DNA of 61,950 nt, counting the filler. It is 3 parts of 3 records of this genome, joined end to end, with 100 filler letters (N's around TTAATTAATTAA, not from the genome) between each part and the next. Parts side by side here need not be neighbours in the genome. Positions count along the whole stretch, not along the records: positions 18,115 to 49,938 come from DRR723986_1339; 2 more parts are not named here. One strand, given 5' to 3'. Position numbers and translations under genes: made by a program. Below the pieces are notes generated by a model, which saw only the letters and a list, made by a program, of their open reading frames with translations, searched no databases and was not told the DNA's origin. Below are positions 38,474 through 47,544 of this stretch, piece by piece. Positions within the stretch are counted from its first letter, which is position 1. Each line of letters opens with the position of its first letter.

Positions 38474-39373
38474 TCAGGCGGCGTTATTGCTCAGCCAGTA
38501 ATGGGCCCTGCCACCCTGGGTGTAACCAGTCAATTCGCTCGCCAGCTGCACTGCCGACAGCAAAGCCGGCATGGCAATACCGGTGGTGAAACCCATCTGC
38601 TCGCACAGCATGACCACGTCCTCGGTCGCCACATTGCCCTTGGCACCGGGAGCGAAAGGACAGCCGCCAAGGCCGCCTATGGCGCTATCAAATTTGCGCA
38701 CGCCACTTTCAATGGCGGCGAACACATTGGCCAGACCGAGCGCTCTGGTGTCGTGGAAATGGCAGGCCAGGCGCTCCGCACCGTGTTCGGCGACGAGCAC
38801 ATCCAGCAGGCGGCGCACTGCGGCAGGATTAGCCGCACCGATGGTATCGGCAATCACTACCTCGTCGGCACCCCACGCCGCCAGCTGGCGGGCCTGCTCA
38901 ATGATGGTCGCATCGGCCACCGCCCCCTCGAAGGGGCACTCAAAGGCCACCGACAGGTAAGCCTGCACCCGCGCACCCTCGGCTTTGCCGCGCGCAATAA
39001 TAGCCTCGGCCACGGCGAAGGTCTGCTCCAGGCCCATGCCGATATTCTTCTGGTTCATGGTTTCGGTCGCACAGGCTACCAGGGCCACGGTGCCGGCTCC
39101 GGCTTCCCGCGCCAGCTCGTAGCCTTTCATATTCGGCACCAGCACGCTCAGTTCGACATCGTCAGGCACGTGCAGCCGGGACAGCAGTTCGCCCGTTCCC
39201 GCCATCTGGGGTACCGCGCGGGGCGATACGAAGCTGCCCGCCTCGAGGTGTTTCAGGCCGGCCGCAAGCAGGGCTTCGATCAAGCGCTGCCGCTGGTCAA
39301 GATCAAGATGCCGATCCTGGCTCTGCAAACCGTCACGAGGACCGACCTCGTTGATGATGATGTGCTGTGGCAT
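38474..39373 (-). CDS. HMG-CoA lyase family (hydroxyacyl-CoA lyase)
   Basis: EVGPRDGLQ, SFVSPRAVPQM, ADTIG, CHFHDT, GGLGGCPFAPGAKGNVATED. Confidence 0.93.
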   Translation of the reverse strand: MPQHIIINEVGPRDGLQSQDRHLDLDQRQRLIEALLAAGLKHLEAGSFVSPRAVPQMAGTGELLSRLHVPDDVELSVLVPNMKGYELAREAGAGTVALVACATETMNQKNIGMGLEQTFAVAEAIIARGKAEGARVQAYLSVAFECPFEGAVADATIIEQARQLAAWGADEVVIADTIGAANPAAVRRLLDVLVAEHGAERLACHFHDTRALGLANVFAAIESGVRKFDSAIGGLGGCPFAPGAKGNVATEDVVMLCEQMGFTTGIAMPALLSAVQLASELTGYTQGGRAHYWLSNNAA

Positions 39374-40572
39374 CAGCCGATCACTCCTCTATCGCGCATA
39401 TCCCGGATTTCCTCCGCGCTGCAACCAAGCAGGCCGGCAAAGACCTGCTCGGTATGCTGGCCGAGCAGAGGCGCGGGGGTAAAAGACTCTTCCCCGGTAC
39501 GCGACAACTTGATCGGATTGCCGGGACCGCGGGTCGATGCACCGCCGGGGTGTTGCAGTTCGATCACCATATTGCGGTGCTGAACCTGAGGGTCCGCCAG
39601 CGCCTGACTGAAGCGATTAACCGGTGCACAGGGGATTCGCTTCTCCTCCAGCTGCGCCAGCCAATAGGCACAGGTGTTTTCTGCCAGCTGCTGGTTAAGC
39701 CGGTCATTGATCATATCCCGTGCCGCCCAGCGGCCGGGCTGGCCGTCGAGCGCGGGGTCGTCGAACTCGGCGCAGGGAACAACCTGCTTCAGGTTCTGCC
39801 AGAAATTGTCGGTGATCACCGCAATAACAATAAAGCCGTCGGCACAGCGATACGTGTTATACGGCACATGCACAAAGTGCGAATTGCCGATCGGGTAAGG
39901 ATCCTCCCCTGACAGGAAGTGCATGGTGGCCATGTAGTTGAGCAGGGACACCTGGCAATCCAGCATGGAGATATCCACATGTTGCCCGCGGCCACTGCGC
40001 TCGCGCTCGTACAGCGCTGCCAGCACACCCATCACGCCGAACATGCCGCCACCCAGGTCGCCGATCGGGATGCCCGCGCGGACCGGGTGGTCGGGATCGG
40101 TACCGGTGATCGACATGCCACCGCCAGTGGCCTGGGCCACCTGGTCGAAGGCGGGGCGGTTGCTGCCCGGGCCGTCGGAGCCAAAGCCGGTAACCGTGCA
40201 GGTGATGACGCGCGGGTTGACCTGGCTGAGGGATTCGAAATCGATCTTCAGCCGCTCGGGCACCCCGGCGCCGAAATTACTGATCACAATGTCGGATTTC
40301 TCGACCAGCCGATAGAACTGGGCGAGCCCCTCATCGCTCTTGAGGTCGATGGCAACGCTCTGCTTGTTGCGGTTCAGGGTAAGGAAGTAGGCCCCCATGC
40401 CCTCCAGGGAGTTGGCAGGGTCCGTGGCCAGCAGTTTCCGCGTGCCCTCGCCTTGCAGCGGCTCGACCTTGATGGTTTCGGCGCCGAGATCCGCCAGGAT
40501 CATCGCCCCATAAGGACCCGACAGCATATGGGTCAGGTCGAGAATTCGCAGGCCGGCGAGCGGTTTGGCCAT
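39373..40572 (-). CDS. CaiB/BaiF family III CoA-transferase
   Basis: LAGLRILDL, SGPY, LADLGAETIKVEP, NRNKQS, GDLGGG. Confidence 0.95.
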   Translation of the reverse strand: MAKPLAGLRILDLTHMLSGPYGAMILADLGAETIKVEPLQGEGTRKLLATDPANSLEGMGAYFLTLNRNKQSVAIDLKSDEGLAQFYRLVEKSDIVISNFGAGVPERLKIDFESLSQVNPRVITCTVTGFGSDGPGSNRPAFDQVAQATGGGMSITGTDPDHPVRAGIPIGDLGGGMFGVMGVLAALYERERSGRGQHVDISMLDCQVSLLNYMATMHFLSGEDPYPIGNSHFVHVPYNTYRCADGFIVIAVITDNFWQNLKQVVPCAEFDDPALDGQPGRWAARDMINDRLNQQLAENTCAYWLAQLEEKRIPCAPVNRFSQALADPQVQHRNMVIELQHPGGASTRGPGNPIKLSRTGEESFTPAPLLGQHTEQVFAGLLGCSAEEIRDMRDRGVIG

Positions 40573-40626
40573 TATCAAAGAGCTCCTGGGCATCAATGCC
40601 AGCAGATAACTGTCGTTCCAACTCAT

Positions 40627-40643
40627 CGCAGGAACCATGCCAA
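40627..40643 (-). promoter_or_regulatory. Sigma54 (-24/-12) promoter of the catabolic operon
   Basis: Minus strand TTGGCATGGTTCCTGCG (GG-N10-GC), 55 nt upstream of the CoA-transferase ATG; the operon encodes a sigma54 activator. Confidence 0.75.
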
Positions 40644-40774
40644 GTCGCGAGACTTCCCCCAAACCTCACTCATGCCACGAGAAAAGTCTTATAAATCATG
40701 AGTCTATGAGGGCATCGGCTCTACGATCGAGGCGCTGCTGCTTCGTGAGTATACGCCCGGGGCCGGGCTTTTGG

Positions 40775-40806
40775 TTCAAGCTGAATTAAAATATTTCAAT
40801 CTGAAA
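40775..40806. promoter_or_regulatory. Candidate enhancer (UAS): two TTCA-N3-TGAA palindromes
   Basis: TTCAagcTGAA (40775-40785) and TTTCAatcTGAAA (40794-40806), centres 20 bp apart, about 140-160 bp upstream of the -24 element. Confidence 0.55.
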
Positions 40807-41218
40807 GATTATTTTCAGCCGGCTCTTCGGTTAATTGCAATTTGGCGCCGGAAAACGCGGCGGGATCGAGATCCAGTACCTGCCAGCCCTCCAGTCCGGT
40901 ACGCGGGGCGTCCTGCGCTACCGCACCACCGCCGGCAATCACGGCATCCCGGGCCGAGACCAGCGAGTCCACGCCCAGGGACAGCAGGAACAAACCCTCC
41001 CCATGAGCCGCCAGGTGGCGCCCGGGCTCGCTGTCGGGGCGGGTGGGCTGCACCAGGACGATCCAGCTTTCACCCACTCGAAAGCGCGCGGTGCGCACCC
41101 CCCTTTCCGGCAGTTCCCCCCACAGGAAATCCTGGATCCCGAGCGCCTCAGCATAGCGGGCTACCGCTGCGTCCAGGTCGCGAACCAGCAGGTTGATGTG
41201 GTGCACCTTGTTCAGCAC
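40796..41218 (-). CDS. VOC family protein (methylmalonyl-CoA epimerase/glyoxalase-like)
   Basis: VHHINLLVRDLDAA, RGVRTARF, HGEGLF. Confidence 0.82.
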   Translation of the reverse strand: MLNKVHHINLLVRDLDAAVARYAEALGIQDFLWGELPERGVRTARFRVGESWIVLVQPTRPDSEPGRHLAAHGEGLFLLSLGVDSLVSARDAVIAGGGAVAQDAPRTGLEGWQVLDLDPAAFSGAKLQLTEEPAENNLSD

Positions 41219-41243
41219 GGGATTGCTCCGCGGCCTGCAGACT

Positions 41244-42965
41244 TCACTTTGTTGCCTGGCGATCGAACACCACTTTGCCGTTAACCATGGTCAACTGCAC
41301 CTGGGTCTCGTGGATGGTGTACGGATCCACCGCCAGGATATTGCGATCCAGTACTACCAGGTCCGCCTGCTTGCCCACCTCAATGGACCCCAGCTGGTCT
41401 TCACGCTCCAGCTGATAGGCCGCGTCGATGGTATAGCCCCGGATCGCCTCGGCGACCGTAATCCGCTCGGAGACCAGCGGCTGCACCGCGAAGTCGGGAT
41501 CCCCGGCGGGCTGGCGCGTGACCCCCATTTCGATATTGAACAGGGGGTTAAGCCCATCGATGCCAATCCAGCTGGCCGGGTAATCGCTACCCAGGGTCAG
41601 GCGAGCGCCGGCCGCGGCGATACTGCGCAGCGGGTACAACTGGTGAAAGCGCTCTTCACCCAGGGCTTCCTGCGCCACCACATCAAACTCCAGCCAGGTC
41701 GGGGTCGACTGGGCAATCACGTCCAGCTCGCCAAAACGCGGAACATCGGTCGGGTTGACGACCTGGATATGGCACAGGGTAATCCGGGAGCGGCTGTCCG
41801 GCACAAGCTCGCGCAAGGCCTGCGCCATGTCCAGCCCCATACGCACCGCACCGTCACCCAGTGCGTGGATATGCAGGTTCATGTTTTCACGTCCCGCGGC
41901 TACCACCACCTCCAGGGTTGCAGCGCGCGGCACCAGCGGGGCAGCCACGTGACCCTCGGGTTCCCGATAGGGCGTAATAGTGACCGCCGTACTCGCCTCG
42001 AAGGTACCATCGAGGGAAATCTTCAGGGTATTAAGTTCATAGAACTCGCTGTTATACCCGGCGTGCAGCTCGTTCACCGTGGCGATGGCATCGGGCAACT
42101 GCGCCGGCGTATTCACGTAATAGGAACCCACGATCCGCAGCGGCAACTCCCCCGCTTCGGCCCGGTCATGCAACAGGTCCATACCCAGCTCACCGGTATC
42201 GATCGTGCCCGCATCAAAGGCCGCGGTGATACCCATGGAGGACATCAGCGGCAGAAAAGAGTCTGCAGCCTCCTCCATGCGCTCCCGGGAGACCACCTTC
42301 AGCGCATCGACCACTGGGCCGAAGGCGGCACCTTCCACCAGCCAGCCCGTAGGCGTGCCATCGCGATAGCGTTGGTAGTAATGCGCGCCGGGCACCGGGT
42401 CCGGGGTATTCCGGTCCAGCCCCGCGATTTTCATGGCGGCGCTGTTCGCCCAGGCGGTATGGCCACCCTCATCAGTGATGATCGCCGGCCGGTCCGGAAC
42501 CACACTGTCCAACTGTGCCGCGGTTGGACCGGTGGGGCCGAAGGCCTTGGCCAGGAAGCCCCAGCCGATCAGCGGGTTCTGGTCCGGGTTCTCCGCGGCG
42601 TAGCGGGCAATCTCCGCCAGCACTTCGTCGGCGCTCATCGCCGGGCTGAGCTGGACCGAGAACACATAAGGCAGGGTATCGGGGATATGGATGTGGGTGT
42701 CGATAAACCCCGGCAGGAGCAAACCACCCGCGAGGTCGACAAGCCGGGTGTCCGGTCCCGCCAGGCCGGCAGCGCCGGCGGCATCGCCGACATACACTAT
42801 CTCATCGCCGGCGACAGCCACCGTGTCGGCCCAGGGCCGTTCAGCATCGAGGGTATAGGCTTTGCCTCCCTGGAAAATAACGTCGGCATACTCCGCAGCC
42901 TGCGAGGCAGCGGTCCAGCCGCACAACAGTGTCAGTAACAGGCCTGTGCGTAACAGCGAGATCAT
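41244..42965 (-). CDS. Exported amidohydrolase_3 (YtcJ-like) metal-dependent hydrolase
   Basis: Signal peptide, PGFIDTHIH, GHTAWANS, KISLDG, HIHALGD, GSDYP, GSIEVGKQADLVVLD. Confidence 0.9.
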   Translation of the reverse strand: MISLLRTGLLLTLLCGWTAASQAAEYADVIFQGGKAYTLDAERPWADTVAVAGDEIVYVGDAAGAAGLAGPDTRLVDLAGGLLLPGFIDTHIHIPDTLPYVFSVQLSPAMSADEVLAEIARYAAENPDQNPLIGWGFLAKAFGPTGPTAAQLDSVVPDRPAIITDEGGHTAWANSAAMKIAGLDRNTPDPVPGAHYYQRYRDGTPTGWLVEGAAFGPVVDALKVVSRERMEEAADSFLPLMSSMGITAAFDAGTIDTGELGMDLLHDRAEAGELPLRIVGSYYVNTPAQLPDAIATVNELHAGYNSEFYELNTLKISLDGTFEASTAVTITPYREPEGHVAAPLVPRAATLEVVVAAGRENMNLHIHALGDGAVRMGLDMAQALRELVPDSRSRITLCHIQVVNPTDVPRFGELDVIAQSTPTWLEFDVVAQEALGEERFHQLYPLRSIAAAGARLTLGSDYPASWIGIDGLNPLFNIEMGVTRQPAGDPDFAVQPLVSERITVAEAIRGYTIDAAYQLEREDQLGSIEVGKQADLVVLDRNILAVDPYTIHETQVQLTMVNGKVVFDRQATK

Positions 42966-43143
42966 CAAGGCAACCCTCGAGCGGGCGATTGAAACCGTGA
43001 AAATATTACAGCCTAACTGAGGCAATGTTGAGACAATTCGTCTTAAAGGAAGGACGCCGCTGTTTGCTACCCGCAACACGGTGATGAGGGCCAAAAGCCC
43101 CCCCGGCGGTAGGACGCCCACGATAGAAAAGGAAGACTATACC

Positions 43144-44337
43144 ATGTCGATCCCCGTTCGCCGGCTGCTCGCGCCGGTGCTGGTCGTAGTGGGTGGCGCA
43201 GGCATTTTTGCCCTGCTCCATGCCACCAAGCCCGAGCCTGAAAAGGCCACCGAACAACCCCGTCCCACCAGTGTCTACACCGCGCCTGTGCAACGTTCTG
43301 ACGCCCTGCTGGAAGTGCATACCCAGGGCGAGGTCCGGGCCCGCACCGAGTTGGATATTGTCACCCAGGTGGGCGGCCGGATTGTCGAAGTCTCCCCCGA
43401 GTTTGTCGAAGGTGGCCGGATCACTCCCGGCGAAGCGCTGCTGGTCATCGAGGATGCGGACTACAAGCTGGCCCTGCGTCAGGCTGAAGCGCGGGTTGCG
43501 GAAGCCGAAGTGGCGGTGCAGCAGGCTCTGGCGGATGCGGATGTGGCGCGCAAGCAGCTGCGCAACGATCCCAACCCCTCGGACCTGGCGCTGAAAAAGC
43601 CCCAGGTCGCGCAGGCGCGAGCCGCCCGGGAAGCGGCCCTGGCCAACCTGGAACAATCGCAGCTGAACCTGGAACGGACCCGGATATCGCTGCCCTTCGC
43701 CGGGCGCGTGGTAAGCACCCGGGTCGACCTCGGCCAGTTCATCGCCCCGGGTTCCGTGCTGGGTAAGGTCTTCGGTACCGAGATCGTGGAAGTTCGCCTG
43801 CCATTAAGTGATACCCAGCTGGCGGCCCTGGGCCTGCCAATCGGCTACACCGCGCCGGCGCAGCAGGGCCTGCCGGTAACACTCGAGGCCAATGTTGCCG
43901 GCCAGACCCAGAGCTGGCAGGGGCAACTGGTTCGGCTGGATGCCGCCATCGACCCGGATACCCGGATGTTGTTCGCCACCGCTGAGGTCACCAGCCCCTA
44001 TACCGGTAACGCATCGGCCCAGGGCATGCCGCTGGCCGTAGGCCTGTTTGTAGATGCCACCATCCAGGGCCGCCGTGTCGCGGATGCCGCCAGCATTCCC
44101 AGCAGCGCCCTGCGCGCCGGGAACGTGGTGTTCCTGATCAACGACGAGGGCCGCCTGGAAATTCGCGATGTCTCCGTTGCCCACGTGGCCGGCGGAACCG
44201 CGGTAATAACCGCCGGGCTCAACCCGGGGGAGCAGGTGATCACCTCCGCTATTCGCAATCCCATCCAGGGCATGGCCCTGGCCCGGATCGGCGCCGACGC
44301 AGTCGCCGCCAGTGACGGCGAGGCCGTCGAGGAGTAA
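43144..44337 (+). CDS. RND periplasmic adaptor (membrane fusion protein)
   Basis: N-terminal TM, QVGGRI, coiled hairpin, ISLPFAGRV, IDPDTR, GLNPGEQV. Confidence 0.92.
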   Translation: MSIPVRRLLAPVLVVVGGAGIFALLHATKPEPEKATEQPRPTSVYTAPVQRSDALLEVHTQGEVRARTELDIVTQVGGRIVEVSPEFVEGGRITPGEALLVIEDADYKLALRQAEARVAEAEVAVQQALADADVARKQLRNDPNPSDLALKKPQVAQARAAREAALANLEQSQLNLERTRISLPFAGRVVSTRVDLGQFIAPGSVLGKVFGTEIVEVRLPLSDTQLAALGLPIGYTAPAQQGLPVTLEANVAGQTQSWQGQLVRLDAAIDPDTRMLFATAEVTSPYTGNASAQGMPLAVGLFVDATIQGRRVADAASIPSSALRAGNVVFLINDEGRLEIRDVSVAHVAGGTAVITAGLNPGEQVITSAIRNPIQGMALARIGADAVAASDGEAVEE

Positions 44338-44341
44338 GACC

Positions 44342-47300
44342 ATGGAACGTCTGGTTGCCTGGTGGGTTCGCAATCCGGTCGCCGCCAACCTGCTGATGAT
44401 CGGCATTCTGCTGGCCGGCTTCCTCGGTTTCGAAGCCATGGAGCGGGAAGCCTTTCCGCAGGTGAAGCCAAACCAGGTCGAAATCGAGATCGTCTGGCCC
44501 GGCGCCGCACCGCAGGAAGTTGAAGAACAGATCATTATCCGCATCGAGGAAGCGCTGAAAAACCTCGACCGCATCTTCCACGTGTACTCCACCGCGATGG
44601 AGAATTACGGGCGGATCGAGGTGACAACCTATCCCGATGTGGACATCAACGCATTCCTCAACGATGTGAAGAATGCCGTGGACTCAGTGACCTCCCTGCC
44701 CCGGGATATCGAGAATCCGCAGATCAGGCGCACCGAGTACCGCAACGAAATGATGCGGGTCGCCGTGCACGGCGATGTCAGCGAGCGGGAACTGACCCGT
44801 CTGGCGCAGGACCTGCGCAATGAGGTGGCGGCACTTCCCTACGTGTCCACCATTGAGCTTTTCGGGGTGCGTCGGGAAGAGGTCACCATCGAACTGTCGG
44901 AGGCGGCGATGCGCCGCTACAACCTCGGCTTTGCCGAGGTGGCCAATGCCATTCGCGCCAACTCGCTGAACCTGTCCTCGGGCCAGGTGCGCACCGAGAC
45001 CGGCGACATCCAGTTGCGCGCGCGCAACCTTGCGGACAACCAACTGGACTTCGAACGCATTGTGGTGCGCCAGACCACCGAGGGTGCCGCTATCCGGGTG
45101 GGCGATGTGGCGACAGTGATCGATGGCTTTGAGGATAACGAGATCCTGGCAACGATGAACGGCCAGCCGGCCGTCCTGCTGCAGATCCAGAGCACCGACA
45201 ACATGCAGGTGGTCAAGGCCAGCGAGGCCGTGAAAGCCTGGATGGCCGAGGCCAGGCCGCGCATGCCGGCGGGTGTAGAACTGACGCTCTGGTTCGATAC
45301 CGCGGACATCTACTCCAATCGCATGGACCTGATCGGCGCATCGGCCTCACTCGGCCTGCTGCTGGTGTTCTGCGTATTGATCCTGTCGCTGCGACCCAAG
45401 GTCGCACTCTGGGTAACCGCGGGGATAGGCGTGGCCTTCCTGGGCACGTTTTCCATGCTGCCGGTCAACGACGTTTCCCTGAACATCATCTCCACCTTCG
45501 CCTTCCTGCTCGTACTGGGCATCGTGGTCGATGACGCCATTGTGGTCGGCGAAAGCATCCACCACCATGCGCATGAAAAACTCAGCGCTGAGCAAGCGGC
45601 GATCAAGGGCACCATGGCGGTAAGCCGCCCGGTGATCTTCGCCGTGTTGACCACCATCATCGCCTTCGCACCCTGGCTGTTCGTCACCGGGGAAGCAGCC
45701 CAGGTCACCCGCCAGCTGTCGATTGTCATTACCGTGGCGCTGGTGATATCCCTGGTCGAAGCCTTTTTCATCCTGCCCTCGCACCTGCGTCATCTCGAAC
45801 CGCGCAAGAATCTCAAGGGCCTGGCCCTGCGCCAGCAGCGCATCGAGCACAGCATCATCGACTTCGCCCATAACCGCTACCGCCCCCTGCTCCAGTGGGC
45901 ACTGCAGCGGCGCGTGTTGACCACCAGCCTGTTTGTGGCTGCCTTTATGATCGCCATGGGCCTGTTCTCCAGTGGCTGGGTACGGTTCTACTTCCAGCCG
46001 CAGGTCGAGAGCGAGCAGATCTACATCAACGTCGAAATGCCCACCGGCACGCCCTATGCCCGCGCCCTCGAGGTATTGAATCACCTGCAGGAAGCCGAGC
46101 TTGCCCTGATCGAAGAGGTCGAGAACATGGCCGAGGAGTCCGGCGAGGGCAGCGGCAAGCTCATTGAGGGCTGGTACACCCGGTCCAGGCGCGACAGCGT
46201 CATCGCCATCGTGCAGCTGGCGCCACCGGAAGTTCGCGCCATGTCCGCACGCGAGGCGGCAGACCGCTTCCGCCAGCTGGTGGGGGACATTCCTGACGCC
46301 GATGCGATCGAGGTCAACTACACCCTGAATGATCGCGGCTCCGACGTCTCCTACCTGCTGCGCCATCGCGATGATGAAATGCTGCGGGCGGCAAGCAAGG
46401 AGCTACAGGTTCAGCTGGCCTCTTACGATGGCACGTTCTATGTCCGCGACAGCCAGCGCGGCGGCCTGGACGAAATCCTGCTGAACCTGAAGCCGGGCAC
46501 CGAGAAACTGGGGCTGACCCTGGGCGAGATATCCAACCAGGTGCGCCAGGCCTATTTTGGCGAGGAAGTGCAGCGCTTGCCGCGGGAAAATGGCGACGTG
46601 AAGGTAATGGTGAAGTACCCCATGGAACTGCGCAGCAGCCTGGCCAGCCTAGACAACTTCCGGGTGCGCACCCGGGACGGCAGGGAAGTGCCGCTGATGT
46701 CCGTGGTAGACGTCGAAATCGGCAGCGGCGTCCAGCGTATCCAGCGTCGTGACGGCGAGCGTGTGGTCTACGTTAACGCCGACATGGAGCAGGACAGTGT
46801 CAGTGACATCACCAAGGACATCAATGACAACTTCCTGGCCAAGCTGGCCGGGAAATACCCCGGGCTGACCGTACTCAAGGGAGGATCGCAGGAGGAAGAA
46901 GAACAGTTCTTCAGTGAAATCATTGCGCTGTACGCGGTGGCCTTGTTCATGATGTATGCGCTGATCGCGGTGGCCTTCCATTCCTACTGGTTACCCCTGC
47001 TGATCATGACCGCAATTCCCTTTGGCTTCATGGGGGCGGTGTTCGGCCACCTGATCTTCGACCTGCCCATGGCCCTGTTTTCGTACTTTGGTATCGGCGC
47101 GGCCGCCGGGGTGGTGGTGAATGACAACCTGGTGCTGGTGGATTACATGCGGCGCCTGCGTCAGGAGGGCATGGATATACTGGATGCGGTGCTGGAGGCC
47201 GGGGTCAATCGTTTCCGCCCGATCCTGCTGACCACCGTCACTACCTTCGTTGGCCTGATCCCCATCATGGCGGAACGCTCCACCGACGCGGAGTTCCTCA

Positions 47301-47479
47301 AACCAGCGGTGCTGTCCCTGGCCTTTGGCGTGCTGTTCGCCCTGTTCGTCAGCCTGCTGATGGTACCCGCCCTGTACGTGATCGGTGACGATTGCGCACG
47401 CGGGGCAGCGCGACTGCGCTCCCTGCTGTTCCCCAGGCGCTACCCGGCGGACCAGCTGGAGGTCGATCGCGGGCCCTAG
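44342..47479 (+). CDS. RND efflux permease (AcrB/AcrD/AcrF superfamily)
   Basis: NPVAANLLM, GIVVDDAIVVGE, RFRPILLTT; about 1045 aa. Confidence 0.95.
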   Translation: MERLVAWWVRNPVAANLLMIGILLAGFLGFEAMEREAFPQVKPNQVEIEIVWPGAAPQEVEEQIIIRIEEALKNLDRIFHVYSTAMENYGRIEVTTYPDVDINAFLNDVKNAVDSVTSLPRDIENPQIRRTEYRNEMMRVAVHGDVSERELTRLAQDLRNEVAALPYVSTIELFGVRREEVTIELSEAAMRRYNLGFAEVANAIRANSLNLSSGQVRTETGDIQLRARNLADNQLDFERIVVRQTTEGAAIRVGDVATVIDGFEDNEILATMNGQPAVLLQIQSTDNMQVVKASEAVKAWMAEARPRMPAGVELTLWFDTADIYSNRMDLIGASASLGLLLVFCVLILSLRPKVALWVTAGIGVAFLGTFSMLPVNDVSLNIISTFAFLLVLGIVVDDAIVVGESIHHHAHEKLSAEQAAIKGTMAVSRPVIFAVLTTIIAFAPWLFVTGEAAQVTRQLSIVITVALVISLVEAFFILPSHLRHLEPRKNLKGLALRQQRIEHSIIDFAHNRYRPLLQWALQRRVLTTSLFVAAFMIAMGLFSSGWVRFYFQPQVESEQIYINVEMPTGTPYARALEVLNHLQEAELALIEEVENMAEESGEGSGKLIEGWYTRSRRDSVIAIVQLAPPEVRAMSAREAADRFRQLVGDIPDADAIEVNYTLNDRGSDVSYLLRHRDDEMLRAASKELQVQLASYDGTFYVRDSQRGGLDEILLNLKPGTEKLGLTLGEISNQVRQAYFGEEVQRLPRENGDVKVMVKYPMELRSSLASLDNFRVRTRDGREVPLMSVVDVEIGSGVQRIQRRDGERVVYVNADMEQDSVSDITKDINDNFLAKLAGKYPGLTVLKGGSQEEEEQFFSEIIALYAVALFMMYALIAVAFHSYWLPLLIMTAIPFGFMGAVFGHLIFDLPMALFSYFGIGAAAGVVVNDNLVLVDYMRRLRQEGMDILDAVLEAGVNRFRPILLTTVTTFVGLIPIMAERSTDAEFLKPAVLSLAFGVLFALFVSLLMVPALYVIGDDCARGAARLRSLLFPRRYPADQLEVDRGP

Positions 47480-47498
47480 CAAGGCCTTACCGACAGGC

Positions 47499-47532
47499 AT
47501 AAAAAAAAGCCCGCTGTAGCGGGCTTTTTTAT
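47499..47532. terminator. Bidirectional rho-independent terminator
   Basis: ATAAAAAAAAGCCCGCT-GT-AGCGGGCTTTTTTAT between the convergent RND and sulfatase genes. Confidence 0.92.
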
Positions 47533-47544
47533 TTCGGCTGAGAC

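Noticed and set aside
35228-42938. Long plus-strand ORFs (388, 311, 383, 260, 581 aa)
   Set aside because: Antisense shadows of well-supported minus-strand enzymes in high-GC DNA.
43144-47479. RND pump lacking an outer-membrane factor
   Set aside because: Common arrangement; a TolC-like channel is usually encoded elsewhere.
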